Shown here: in pieces, positions 37,097-50,000 of the stretch
How positions within the stretch are numbered: the first letter of the stretch is position 1
Layout: every line of letters begins with the position of its first letter
Assembly (NCBI GenBank): GCA_028023455.1
Contig: JAQFVV010000001.1
Span: forward strand, 4,650,001 to 4,714,000
Direction of reading: 5' to 3'
DNA length: 64,000 bases
Origin: Epiperipatus broadwayi
Lineage: Eukaryota; Animalia; Onychophora
The notes under the pieces: generated by a model
What the model was told of the DNA's origin: nothing
Database searches by the model: none
The model's input: only the letters and a program-made list of their open reading frames with translations
Translations under genes and position numbers: made by a program

Positions 37097-37199
37097 AAGC
37101 CAATAAACATCACATGATCACCATTTCTTATGCTTGCTTATAACTGTTATTACTCTGGCTTACACTGAGTGGAAATACTGCATGGAGAATTTTTTCTGT
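37097..37199. mobile_element. Family 2 copy, two non-overlapping inverted pieces, 13-bp TSD
   Basis: TTATTCTAAATTT at 37084-37096 and 37200-37212; orientation switch near 37148-37151. Confidence 0.85.
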
Positions 37200-40100
37200 T
37201 TATTCTAAATTTGTTTAATTTATTAAATAATATTCTTTAATTTTATTTTCAAATGTATTGATTTCTTTTCATGCAATTTTTATTATTTCTTAAATATATA
37301 TTTATTCAAGAATAAAAAAAAATTATTTAAGTATGATAGCAAATTTATGGTGTGATATAATAAAGATCTCCTTTATAATTCTGTTTTAAATTATAGAAAT
37401 TTGTGAATTATATGAGGCCAAATTAACAATTTTTTATCTGTAGTCAATAAATAGAAGTTGTTGTGTTTGGTTGAATTGCAGGGTTCAGATTCAAACCAAC
37501 GGTAATATCAAAACACATGAACACTCACAAAATACAGCTGTACATAGATAAACATAGTTAATACCTGTACCGGTCATGCTGAATGACTGGATTCAATTCC
37601 AGCTGTATATATTAGCTTGCCTCATGAGTTCTAGTTTTAACTCTTCTGGCTGTACTGGACAGCTTGCCTCGAGTTTGTTAATGAATCTTCTGGCTGTACT
37701 AAACAGTTTGTCTAGAATCTGCCATAGTCGTAGCAATTTCCAGTCCTATCATGGACTTGCCTCATTGCGTAGACATATTGGTATTGAATATAGTAGAAAC
37801 ATCTTTAATGTTGGAAGTGGTTTCAATGGAGATCACATTCAATCATTCAGGTTTAGGTTAGACAGATGTTTTCTCTGGCTTGCCTCCAAAAAGGCTGATT
37901 ATTTATTGCCAGATCACTTCCCTTACTGGCAGCAATCAGATTCAGAGAGCCTAGCCAATGGTAGGTATTACATGTTTACACATTGGCCATTCTTATGTTT
38001 CACCCTTTGGCCATGTTTATACAATGGTTATCAACATGTTTACACATTAGTGAGCAGCAATGCATGCTCAACCCGGTCGGATAAGGAAAGAATCTGAACT
38101 AGTTCATCTCTGAAAGCAAGGCCAGATATGACAGAAGTTGTAACTTTGTAAAATTTTCAACTTAATAAGCTTTCAGGCCAAAACAAAGTGGTAAAACAGT
38201 TCAGATTTTTTTAATACTTGTTCGACTATGAGAAATTAGCTGTTATGAAAGTTAGTTTGGCATAGATGAATATGAAAAATATAGTACTGCTTTTGCATTA
38301 TTAATCTAAACTTATTCTGGTGTAAATTGTTATATTTTGATTTGTAAGTGTCAAACTTACTTTATCTTTGACATCATCCACTCTAAATAAATGCAATAAC
38401 GATTGACACTAATTATTTATTAAATTAGAGATTGTCTTTGGCGCAGATATACACTTTAAGCTTCAGTTAAAAATTAATATACAGTATTGATTTTTTAAAA
38501 TTAAACACACACACAGAGTTATTCTGATGCGTGAAGAAGCTATTTCAGGTAATCTCTAACTTAAGAAATTAATGCATTACATACTATTTTTCTTAACTCT
38601 GTATTGTACAACACCATATTTTTTTGTTACAAACATTTTTCTAAAATACATTATATCTTTGAAATACCATATTAATAAATTTACTGAAATTAATATTGTG
38701 TCTAATTCATTCAGTTTGATTTGCTGAATAAATGAGGGGAAATTTTTCTCCTTCATACCATTAAACTAAATTATTCATCAATTTCCAAGATATTGTAAAC
38801 AGAAAAAAAAAAAAATTGACTAAAGAAAAAATTAAAATATAAAAATTTGATTAAAAAATAGATATAAAAGTTCTTGAACAATTACATAGAATTTTTTTTA
38901 AAAAAAAACATAAAGAAAAATTTAAGCAAATCAAAGTCTAAATATAGATAACAGTTTATGTGAGTGTCAAAGAGATAGTATGTAAGACAATTTGAAAATA
39001 TTTACATCAAAATATTTTTTTTATTATATATTTTTCTATAATGAAATTAATCAAAAAGAAGAAAACATAATTCAAAAATGGAAACGAAAATAAAGTTTAT
39101 ATTAACTTTTTGGATACAAATGTCTATAAAAATATACGTATTAGACAACAAAATAAATGTTGATACTAGTTTACAGTATATAGAAAAGATATACTACATG
39201 AATATTTAACAAAATGGAAGCCAAACGTTGATCTCCGTAAAGAAAAAAAATAGAATAAACTGAACTATAATTTTGTGTTCCAATGATTATTGATATATAT
39301 ATATATCGTTAAAAAAGAAATTATAAATAATAATTATCCACGATAAGTTATAAAAAAGTACACAAATAAAAAATATTTAATAAAGTAATAATCAAAAATT
39401 AAGTGATAATATAAATTAAAAAAAACAACAACAAAATATATAAACAAAAAATAAATCCAAACTTATATATAAAAGAAAGCCTAATGCAAAAAATTATCAT
39501 CATTTTGAATCATTATTAGTTTGCTGCAGGATAAAGGTTATCTCCAATTTTAATCTAGATTTTCCAATCCATAACTTCTGAATAGTTTTAATTCAAATGT
39601 TTGATAACAAGTATTTTATCACTATCAACCTTCATATTGAATAAACCTTTTTCCTGTTGGATGATATATATATACTATTAATAAAGCAAATCTCTCTTCC
39701 CTCTTAAGTTATGAATAAATAACACACTGTTAACAAAAGTCAAAAATAAGGTGGATTCACATATTCTTTAAGTTTTCAATGCTTATAATCCGTTTTTGCC
39801 AACAGTGATGTAAATATAAAATGAAATCAATATAACAACCAGATAAAATTAAGGATGGAGACAGAACCTCATCTTTAATGGTCTTGTTTTGTTAATTAAA
39901 CAGACGTTATATATATAATAGAAATAAATGTGTGGTGAATCAAGCAGTGGCCAAATTATTAAACTAATTATACTGAAAAATATATGAGACTGGCATGTCA
40001 AGTAGTTGATTGGTTGTTCCAAGTGCCTTGTTACTTTTATTACTATTATCATCAGCTTTATTTTGTAAAAACAATATTTTTAATTTGTTTTTTGAGAGAA

Positions 40101-40382
40101 CTACAACTATATAAATTTGACTGATTTTTATAGAAGATAACCAATTAGGCACCTACACACATATATTACAGATTGTGGTTATTAAACTCAGTGTAATAAT
40201 GTGGAGAAGAAAATAAAGAAATACTACAAAGTTAATAAAAATAATATTTAATTATTAAAATAACATTATTTACATTAGTTTATAACTCCAAATAAAGAAA
40301 TTATGTATAAATCTTAATTAAAAATTAGCATCAGGATATCATTACAGAGTAATAAAGTGATCCAAACAATAATATTAAGATA

Positions 40383-40597
40383 AACCACTAAACATCACAT
40401 GATCACCATCTCTATACTAGCACATAATTGTTGTAAACAAAGGCAAATATAGTAGTGCCACCCTGTCCCAAACAGAGTAATTAATGGATGCCAGAAGTAG
40501 GCACTAGAAAGTGATTTTATGCACAAGCCTTCTGGCATCCATTGATTACTCTGTTTGGCACAGGGTGTCACTACTGTATGGAGAGTTTTGCCTTTGT
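40383..40597. mobile_element. Family 2 copy (foldback; 13-bp TSD with 1 mismatch)
   Basis: TAATATTAAGATA 40370-40382 vs TAATATTAGGATA 40598-40610; arms ~40436-40497 and ~40529-40598. Confidence 0.8.
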
Positions 40598-41096
40598 TAA
40601 TATTAGGATATACAATTTAACACATTAATTTATTGTTTAATAATATATTAATGGGAAACGCAGTGAATCCATATCAGTAAGTACATTCAAATGTAGTATT
40701 TATTATAAGCATAAATAAAGATTTATATTTAAAAAAAGTTTATAAAATGAAAAATTTATATCTCACCTAGGGTTTTTAAACAACAACAAATTTGAAAATT
40801 GTGTAAGTTAATTTATCAGATTTGAATTCAGAAATATAACAATAACAAACCATCAAATATCCAGCTAATGTAATATAAGACAAAAACCATCCTCCATTCT
40901 ATTTCCTGTTTAATGTAATCTTTAATAGTCAGTCATTACCAGATAAATACGAAATTGTTATTCTTAGTATTTGAATTCCCATCTCATTCTCATCCGTTTT
41001 AGCACGTGCCTTTATTAATAAGGCCTGGGATTCAAAGGTGAAATAAATAAATATATACATCTAACAAAAATCTTTAACTTTATATTATATATTAAG

Positions 41097-41399
41097 AGTT
41101 TGAACTTAGACTTTCACATGACTCTCAGCCATCCGTGCTATCTCATCCTGCTGATACCCTTGATCACACATGTCAAAAAAATAAATAATTGATTGTATAT
41201 ATATGTGTGTGGAGATGATAATCTGGACCAACTGACGAGTGCTGGTGATCATTTATCTTTTTGTCATGTGTGTGAGCAAGTGTATCAGCAGTATGAGATA
41301 GCATGGATGGTTGAGGGTCATGTGAAAGTTTGAGTTCAAATTCCTATATATTACATTTATAAGTGTAGGTATGAAAAGCCTGTACTCTAAAAAAAAATC
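41097..41399. mobile_element. Family 1 divergent pair with partly deleted hammerhead; 15-bp TSD
   Basis: ATATTATATATTAAG at 41082-41096 and 41400-41414; 41097-41192 is the reverse complement of ~41250-41345; CTGACGA core at ~41232 with the 3' half of the ribozyme deleted. Confidence 0.8.
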
Positions 41400-41696
41400 A
41401 TATTATATATTAAGTTAAAAACTTGAAATTCAAATCAGGTTAAGATTTTGAACCCAATTTAATCTGCATGAACCATAATATAGATCTGAAATCAGTTCAA
41501 TAATTGTATATTTTAGTACCTTCAATTTTTTATTAATTATTCACTTTATCACCCTGGCTAAGTATATTAATAATAATAACAAAATTTAGTTTGAACAATA
41601 AAAGCAGATAACTGCTTGACAGGTAATAGGTAAAATGGAGTTAAAGTGGGTTGTTGAATGTATATATTACTATCTAAAAATAAAGAAAAGATGGGG

Positions 41697-41762
41697 ATAA
41701 TAATAATAATAATAATAATTATTATTATTATTATGATGATGATGATGATGATGATGTTTCAA
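41697..41762. repeat. Compound (TAA)n(TTA)n(TGA)n microsatellite ending in GTTTCAA
   Basis: Read directly; abuts the 3' end of L1-b. Confidence 0.95.
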
Positions 41763-41899
41763 AAAGGGGAACTTTATTCAATCTAGAAAACAGGTTACAT
41801 TATTAATTTTCATTTACATGCATTTACATTGATATTTCCAATTATATATATTGTGTCTTGGTCTCTTTTTTAAGTCTATTATTGAGGAAAGGCTGAACT

Positions 41900-44800
41900 A
41901 TCAGAGATTTGACCTTTGTTTTACAAGTGACCAAGTAGCCACGAAAATGTCTGGGTGTGCTATTTTATTATCTCGGTTTTTTAATTGTGCTAACTTGTTG
42001 TGAAAAGTTGATGGATGCCACCTTGTATTATTGCCAAAAACAAATGTGCATCGCGTGCACCAAAATGCATAAAGTACGAAGGTTGCTGCTCAGATTGTTG
42101 GGGTGGATGTCCTGCAGAATGTACTGATAATATTTTGCAGGGAGATGTTTGGTCTTCTGTATATATTTGTTATTTCATGTCGAATATTGTTTAATGCTGG
42201 GCAGTTGTAAAACAAATGTTGTCGAGTTTCTTCTGCTTGATGGCATAGGGTGCAGAAAAGGTCTATTTTTGTATATAATTGTCTGTATCTTAAGAAATAT
42301 GATGTTGGCAAAGCATATAGATTTAGTTTCAGAAAGAAATCAAAGAATTTGGGCTCATAGACCATTTTTTAAATTTTTAAGCAGCTGTCGGTTGTTTATT
42401 CCGAGCATCTGTGTTGAAATATCTGATGTATATCCTGGGTATACCATTGCATATATCTGCCAATATGAATATTTTGTTGTTGTTTGCAGTGATATTTGAG
42501 TATGTGTGATTCTGAACTGGTTTATGACTGATGATAGATAGCAATGTGAAGGTGGAGGTGTGTCTGTGGTTGTTATTTGTATTAGATACTGGAGTTCTGG
42601 GAAATGTCTAAGGGTAGCTATTATAAGGTTTGCGGTTTTTTGTATTTGAAAAATATCTATGTTGTGTAGCCCCAAACCATTGTGTATTGCTGGTCAATTA
42701 AGGTGTTTTGCAGATATTGACACTGTCTTTCTATTCCATAGAAGTTTATTACAATATGAAGAGAGTTTTGATATAAAAGTTTTTGAGAATTGAATTATGG
42801 GAGTATAATAGATAATCTTGGTGATCACCAGCTGATTGAACAATTGCACTTTAGCATATATTGAGGTATGCTTTTGATAGTGAGGCAGTGATCCATTCTG
42901 CTTCATCTTTTAACTTGTTCTGCATTTTTTGCCTCATTGTGTTTGTTCCCATGTAGAAAGGAAAGCCAAGGAAAGGAGATGTTTTGCCTTGGAAAATTTG
43001 CATATATGGCTTACTGGTGTATAGAGACCAAGCAGCAGTCTTGTTTTGATTAAATTTTAGATGGTGTGTTGCTTGAAAGTCTTGCAGTATTTTCTGTAGT
43101 ATTGGTATCTGTTTTCTTGATGGTAGGAAGACTGTGGTGTCATCCATATATGCAATGCAGGCTATATGTTGTGATGTGCCTAGTATCTGGATGCCTTTGA
43201 TACTCTGCTGAATTTTGAGTATGAGTGGGTTGATGTAAAAAGTAAATAACAGTGAGCTGAGTGGTGAGCCTTGGGATATGGATTGTGTGGGAATGAATGA
43301 TGGAGAATTTTTGCCATTGAGTGTGATATGTATTTCTCTGCTAAGTAGTAGGTTTGTGAGCAGGTACAGATGAGTTTGTGGAATTGTGGTGTCAGCTAGC
43401 ATATTGATTAATATATTGATGTCGACCGAGTCAAAAGCCGCTTCTATATCAAGTTGAACTGCAATTGGTGCATACTTCTTTCTGTCCCGTAATGAGTTAA
43501 TAACTGTTTTAAATATCATTGCAGCCTGTGCAGTTGACTATTGCTTCCTTGTAAACTGGCTGTGTGAAATTAGTGGTAGAATATGTGGCTCTAGGCTGCC
43601 TTTGAGTACTTTTTCAATTATTTTAATCATAAGTGGCCCCATTGAGATTGGTCGTAGGTTGGATAGTGTTGATATGTGGACTTTTTTCTTGTTGAAGGGG
43701 ACTATTGCTATTGGATATAAACCTTGGATATCGTGCAACTTCTGTGATAGATGATTTGCAAGGTCACATAAATATTGGCTAGTGAACTGGCTGAGATGTG
43801 CAAGGACAAATTTGGGTATTCCATGTGTTCCTGGGTGACATGCATTAGGTACTGTTGCTAGTTTAGTAGCAAATTCTGTGATGTTATATGGGGTATTTGT
43901 TTCTGGTTTTCCAAAGACATTAGAATTATATTTGACCGGGTGGTATGCTTGCAGATTTTGTTTGAAATGCTGGTAGATCGGTTTTAACATATTATCTCCT
44001 GCATATGTGTGCCCTTGCTCTATGAGTGCCATTGGTACTCCGACAGTGGATGGGTAGCCCAAGGCCCAGCGAATGTATTTTCTTGTCCATGTGTGTTGTT
44101 GGCTGAGGCAGACTTTACTCTTTTTTATTGCTAGGTAGTTTTTCAGATGGTTACAGATATTATTGTATGTTTGTGTAAGCCTGTGTATATGTTGTTGACT
44201 GGTGTGTGTTGGGTTTATCATTGTAATCCGCTTATGTATTTCATCAGCCAGAGCTAGAAGTCTTGCGTTTAATGTGATCTATATTAAATGATAAAATGTT
44301 TATGAATGCTAAGTATCTTTGAATGGGATTAAGTTGCATATTTTTGATTTTGTGAAGCATTATATATGTTTCTGAAAAAATAAATTCTGGGGTAGAAGTT
44401 GGAAGTAGAATTCTGATTGTTTTACCATGTGTAAGTGCAGTTGTTTGGATTTCTGTCAGATTAATTAGTATGGTTTGTGCAGAGTGATCAGAGAAAGGCG
44501 ATGGGTTGATGTTTAGCCTGATTTGATGGTGTAGCATAGGTGAATAAAAGCACAGATCAATTCTTGATGTATGACATCCATTGTGAAAGGTAACTGCATC
44601 ATTTGACAGAAAACCCACTGCACTCATAAGTGGAATTGATATTTGATGCAGCCACTTTAAAATGAACTCTTGATATTTCATGTTGAAATCCCCCATTAGA
44701 ATGGTTGGATATGAATTAGAGCCAAGTAAGGAGTTTATGTTTAATATAATATTTGAGACAATTGTATGACCCAGTGGAATATACACAAATATAATGTTTA

Positions 44801-45117
44801 GTGTGATGATTTGATGACTAAAAGTTATTATTAGTAAATTTGCATCTATATATATATGATTTTGAATGAGTCAAATGGACAACTTTGTGTTATGAGCAGT
44901 CCAGTACCCCTGAGGGAGATGATGCGTCTCTGGAGCATGCACAGTAGTCTTCTCTACTTAGCTGTACTGAGGGGTCAATTTGTGAGCCACTATATATTTT
45001 AGTTTCTAGAAGTCCTAGTATATAAGGTTGTGTAATCTTTATCCATTGTTGTAGCTGATGTATTTTGTTGACTGAGTTGAGCCCTCTGATATTAAATGCT
45101 GTTATTTTTATCTTCAT
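41900..45117 (-). pseudogene. L1-b ORF2 (APE-RT-Zn finger), fragmented
   Basis: ORFs 44890..45117, 44244..44786, 43538..44221, 42851..43519, 42694..42906, 42355..42675, 42090..42365. The 3' limit is approximate. Confidence 0.88.
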
Positions 45118-46685
45118 TATTGTGATTGGCTGCGAGTTGGTTTCACAGTGTGTTGAAGTTTGTGTGAAGCTTTTGCATATTCTCTAGTGTTTTGTGAGCA
45201 GTTACTAGTGGTTTGATTACTATCCAGCTTCATAGGTATTAAGTTCTCTGCCAAGTGTTCAATCATTTCTGTTAGAGTATTGTTTTCATCTGTTTTGGCT
45301 CTTTTTGATTTCTCCTTGGCCGACCAGATTTTTGGACTTCTGTTGGTGTTGTTTCTATGGGATGGAGGCATGGGGTTAGTGAATCTAGAATATCTGTGGA
45401 TGTTTTGTTTATAATTATATGTGGCATGCTTATTTTGGGGGAGTTGTATGTAACATTAGATATGTCTGGATTTGAGTCCGACGTGTTATTGATTGGTATG
45501 CCTGGTGTTTGTGATACTTCAGGTAGGATTTGTGCTTGATTTTGATCCATTTGATCATCAGTGCTTTCATTTAATTTATTCGAGCTATCTGTTGTAGTTT
45601 CAAGTATATTTCCTGTTTTCTTCTGCATGTTTGTTTTTACTAGCTTCATTTGTACTGTGATTATTTTCATGTTGATTGTTTGAGTTGCTAGTGTTATTTT
45701 GTGTGTTGTTGTTTTCTTCATGTTGGGATTGGATGTACTGATTATTTGTTGTCTGACCCTGTGTGAGTTGGCTATCCATGCACTGTGTGGCTAGATGACC
45801 ACACTTGCCATAGGCATAGCATTGTGGTTTTAAACCTCTTATATATATATATAGGCACAGCATAACTTTCTGATCAGCAATTTGTGTTGGTATAGATTCT
45901 GGGTCAAAGACTTTGTGTAATTTTAACTTAAAATCATAGCTATTGCTGTATATTGGTATTGGTGTGTCTTTGAGGTATATTGGTTGAAATGCTATAACCT
46001 TGCCAAATGGATCCATCATTTTTTGAAAGTCTTGTTTCGTGTATCCAAAGTATGTATTTTTAATTATTCCAGTAATTTGGTTCTGTCGATCTTGATTGAC
46101 TATAACAATAGCGTAATTGCCTAATGTTTTAATTTGGTTCTGAAATCGGTTCTTTTGACTAATATCAAGAAATTCGATTGCGAGGTATCTGGGATTTGGA
46201 TGATCTGCGATTCTTACGATCGTTTCCCACAGTTCGTTTTCAATTATTGCTGGATATAATAATGCGCGTGGAAAACCATACAGCGATATATTTGCGTCTG
46301 TGGCAGATATTACTATTGAGTTTGGTGAAAAAAATCTTTTGAACGATGTATAGAGTCCCCGTGGAATCGTGTTGTTAAAGTGTTCATTAATTCTTTCTAG
46401 CATATTATCGGTCCAGTGTGCAAGGGGAGGGTCTTGGTTTACCTGTATCTTTAAATCTAACTGTTTTATGTCGTTCGGATTTGTTTTCTTTAAATCTAAC
46501 TGTTTTATGTCGTTCGGGTTTGTTTTTCTAAATCTCGGAACTATTTTATTATTTATTGTAGTCGCGAAATTCTTTGAACTTGTTGCTTGCATGTTAGTTT
46601 TTGCGACCGTGGCATACAATTTGATGGTGTCTAAATTTTTACACATTTCAGCGGCCATATTGACGCCAACTACTCGATCATGCAA
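45117..46685 (-). pseudogene. L1-b ORF1 (Zn knuckle; in-frame 39-bp duplication at 46449-46526)
   Basis: KTNPNDIKQLDL occurs twice; N/T/Q-rich C-terminal half split over three frames. Confidence 0.8.
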
Positions 46686-46922
46686 CTGTCGTCTCCATTT
46701 TTTTTAAAAAAAGAAATCTTTGGTAACGTAAATGTTTTTTTATGATATTCTTTAGCTAGGTTATGATTTTCATTAATTATAGCTTCAAAAATATTTATTT
46801 TTATTTTGTGAAATTATATATATTGTTTTGATTTTAAATTGTGGCGTTATTATTGTTTTTTTTGGGATTTGAAGCCCAACTACTTTAATATTACTTACCG
46901 GCAATATCAGGATTTTCTGCGG

Positions 46923-47037
46923 TATTATTTTTATTATTATTAATATTATTATTATTGTTGTTGTTGTTGTTGTTATTATTATTGTTGTTATTATTATTAT
47001 TATGATGATGATTATGATGATGATGATGATGTTTCAA
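46923..47037. repeat. Compound (TTA)/(TTG)/(TGA) microsatellite ending in GTTTCAA
   Basis: Read directly; lies between the L1-b 5' end and the L1-c 3' end. Confidence 0.95.
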
Positions 47038-50000
47038 CAATAATCTTTATTAATCTTTTGACTTACATAGCATTACATAGCATTGATTGTAACAGTTATA
47101 GGTGCAATCATGTATAGGATTTTATGTAAATTAATTTCAAAGGTTACAATAATTAGGTTTCAAGGTATATATTTTTTTAACAAATACTGCTACTAGTTTT
47201 GATACAGAGATGAATATCAAGTTTAGTCATTAAAGTCTTAAAAACAGTTCAATATAAAACTTAATTTCAAGCATAGATAGATAGATATGGCCTAAGATTA
47301 TAAAATCTGGTGTCATATTAAAAATTATTTACAATCACTAAATTAATCTTGATTATTATTCTTTTAATTGTTAATCTTGTAGATACTAGGGAGGTAACTT
47401 ATAATTCATATAGCATAAAATCAAGCTATGAGTGCTGTACAAAGAATAAAATCAATTCAGAGTAGAATTCCACATGGTGACAGCTGGTAGATTGCAATAG
47501 ATGGGAAATAAATTCTGTACTCTGATGATGGATGGAGTTGAAGGCAGTTAGTAAAGGTGAGTTTTGTTGAGAGTAATGCATGGTACCATTGAATGCTATC
47601 CAATGTGTTATCATTGGATTATGACCTATTATACATTGGATAGTTGTTTTAGTAGTGACCAGGTAGCAGAAAAAAATATCTGAGGTGCAGTATTGTTGTC
47701 CTGGGCCTTGATTTTCTGGAGCTTATTGATGAATGTAGCTGGATGTCTTCTGGTGTTGTTGCCAATGATGAAGATGCGGCAAGTGCACTAGAAGCTATAC
47801 AGGGTGAAAGCTGTTGCACATGCTGTGGGAAGGTGTATCTTCTAATAGGGTTGAATTAGCTATTGTATAAATGCAACTGGTCATCTGTATGTATTTAGCA
47901 TGATAGTCTGATCTGATTGAGAGCTTGACACTTCTGAAAGAGATGTTGAGTTTCCTCTGTCACATTCCATAAAGCACAGAATGGATTTATATTTTTATAT
48001 AGATGGTGATACCAGAGAAAATGCAATATTGGCAATGCATATAGGTTAAGATGAACTAGGAAATTGAAAATTTTTAAGCTCCAGGGACCACCATCTTTTG
48101 ATGGAGTGGAGTAGCTTTTGATACCAAGTATGTTAGAAGGATAGTCTTTGTTGGCCTCTGGATATCGTATTTACTAGTATGTGTATTTATTAGTCATGGG
48201 GAATGTTGATTAGTTGGATGCTGACAGTATTGATTGGTAAAGTATGATGGGAAATATAGCTGAAATAGGGGAAGATTTATCAGTATGGATTGTTTATAAC
48301 AGTAATCATAGTGCTGGGAACTTTTGAACAATTGATGCAATTGAATTTATGGCTTTTTGGATATAGAACACTTGGGTGCTGTAGAGACCCAGGCCATTAT
48401 TAATTGGTAAGTAATTAAATCTCTTAGCTGACATTGAAACTGTTTTTGTGCCCCATAGTAGCTTATTGTAGAGGGAGGAGATGGCAGAATTAAACGATTT
48501 TGTAAAATTAAAAATAGGCAAATAATATATGATTTTAGTTATTATGAGAATATTAAATAGGTGCATTTTAGCTTAAAGGTAGAGATAAGCTTTGGAGAGG
48601 GAGATAGTAATCTGTGGCATTTTAAGCTTTTTTTTTAAGATGTTCTTCATTGTAAGTGAGCCCATGTAAAATGGGAAACCTAAGAAAAGACGCTGTTCCC
48701 TGGAATATTTGAGTGTATGGTTTGTTAGTGTATATAAACCATGCTGCTGTTTTACTCATGTTAAAACTAAGTTTATACTTGGAAGTATATTGTTTGAGGA
48801 TGCTTTGCAATGAGATGAGATGCTTACAAGATGGTAGACAGTGACATCACCCATGTATGCCATGCATGGATTATATTGTGAGTATGCAATTTGGATGCCT
48901 GAAAGTGTCTGTTGCATATGCTTTAATAGGGGATTTATGTAGAAAATGAAGAGCAGTGCATTAAGAGTTAAACCTTGGGAGATGGATTGCATAGGGGTGA
49001 ATGGCAGTAAACTTTTCCCATTAACAGTGATATGTATCTCTGTACTGCAGAAGTCCAAAATGGGAATAAACAAAGTCAAATGCAGACTATATCTAACTGA
49101 ACTGCAATTGGAGCATATTTTTTGGTCTTTGAGTTCCAGACTGCTTTATACATTAGAGCAGCCTGCATGGCAGAAGACCATTTTTTCAAACTGCATATTG
49201 GAAATTAGAAAAAGTGTGACTCTAGATCAGGGATGCCCAACCCATAGCTCGCGAGTCACATGTGGTTCGCGCAACCATTTAATGTGGCTCCCATTGCACT
49301 CTTCAAGAAAAATTGATAAAATATTTTATGTTCCTTGACGCCACATGCACGCACTAAAAAATAAAAAATTTTACAATACAAACGATAACGATATGCAGTG
49401 TCAGGTTTCACATTAAATAAAATAATTAAAATATACTTTTCCTGTAATTGTAATTTATATGTATGTTACCAAATTTTTAATAAATAAATATAAATAAAAT
49501 GTATTTACATTTTTTTTTCTTTTTAACATATTACACCAGTTTTTTTTTTAGTTTGTGAATTTTGTTTATAATGTAATATGAAAAATGCAATATATAATTG
49601 TGGCTCCCCAAATTTTTTTAAATTCTCAACTGGCTCACGTCAAGTTAAAGGTTGGGCATCCCTGCTCTAGATGATCCTTTATAACTTTTTTCAGTATCTT
49701 AATTCCCAGTGGCTCCATGGAAATTAGATGAAAGTTTGTTAGATTCAAAGTTAACCCTGGTTTTTTGGTAAATTGTACAATTGAGATATGGACTTTTAAT
49801 GTCATATATTCTTTTGGGATAGATGATTTGCCAGGTCACAGAGGTATAATGCAGTAAAGTGCCTAAGCTGGGCAAAAACAAAAGCAGTGATTCCATTGAA
49901 ACCTGGATGACATGAGTTATTTATAGTAGTGAGCTTGTCAGCAAATTGTATGATTTGGCATGGGGTATTGGTATCAGGTGGCCCAAATAAATCTGAAGGT

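Larger units (their letters stand above)
41757..46925 (-). mobile_element. L1/Tx1-clade LINE, apparently full length, frameshifted (element L1-b)
   Basis: 5' UTR ~46925-46700; ORF1 45600..46685 plus 45272..45721 and 45117..45371 (CYxxGKCGHLATQC); ORF2 from 45117 (MKIKITAFNIRGLNS...LLETK), GDFN/RIDL/SDH, QLDIEAAFDSV, QGSPLS, YMDD, CTLC..ETRQHLFYNC; AATAAA at 41773-41778. Confidence 0.92.

Noticed and set aside
46369-46707. Plus-strand ORFs over L1-b and L1-c (also 42149..42499, 45357..45539, 48946..49338)
   Set aside because: Antisense shadows of retrotransposon ORFs; the last runs into the hAT MITE.
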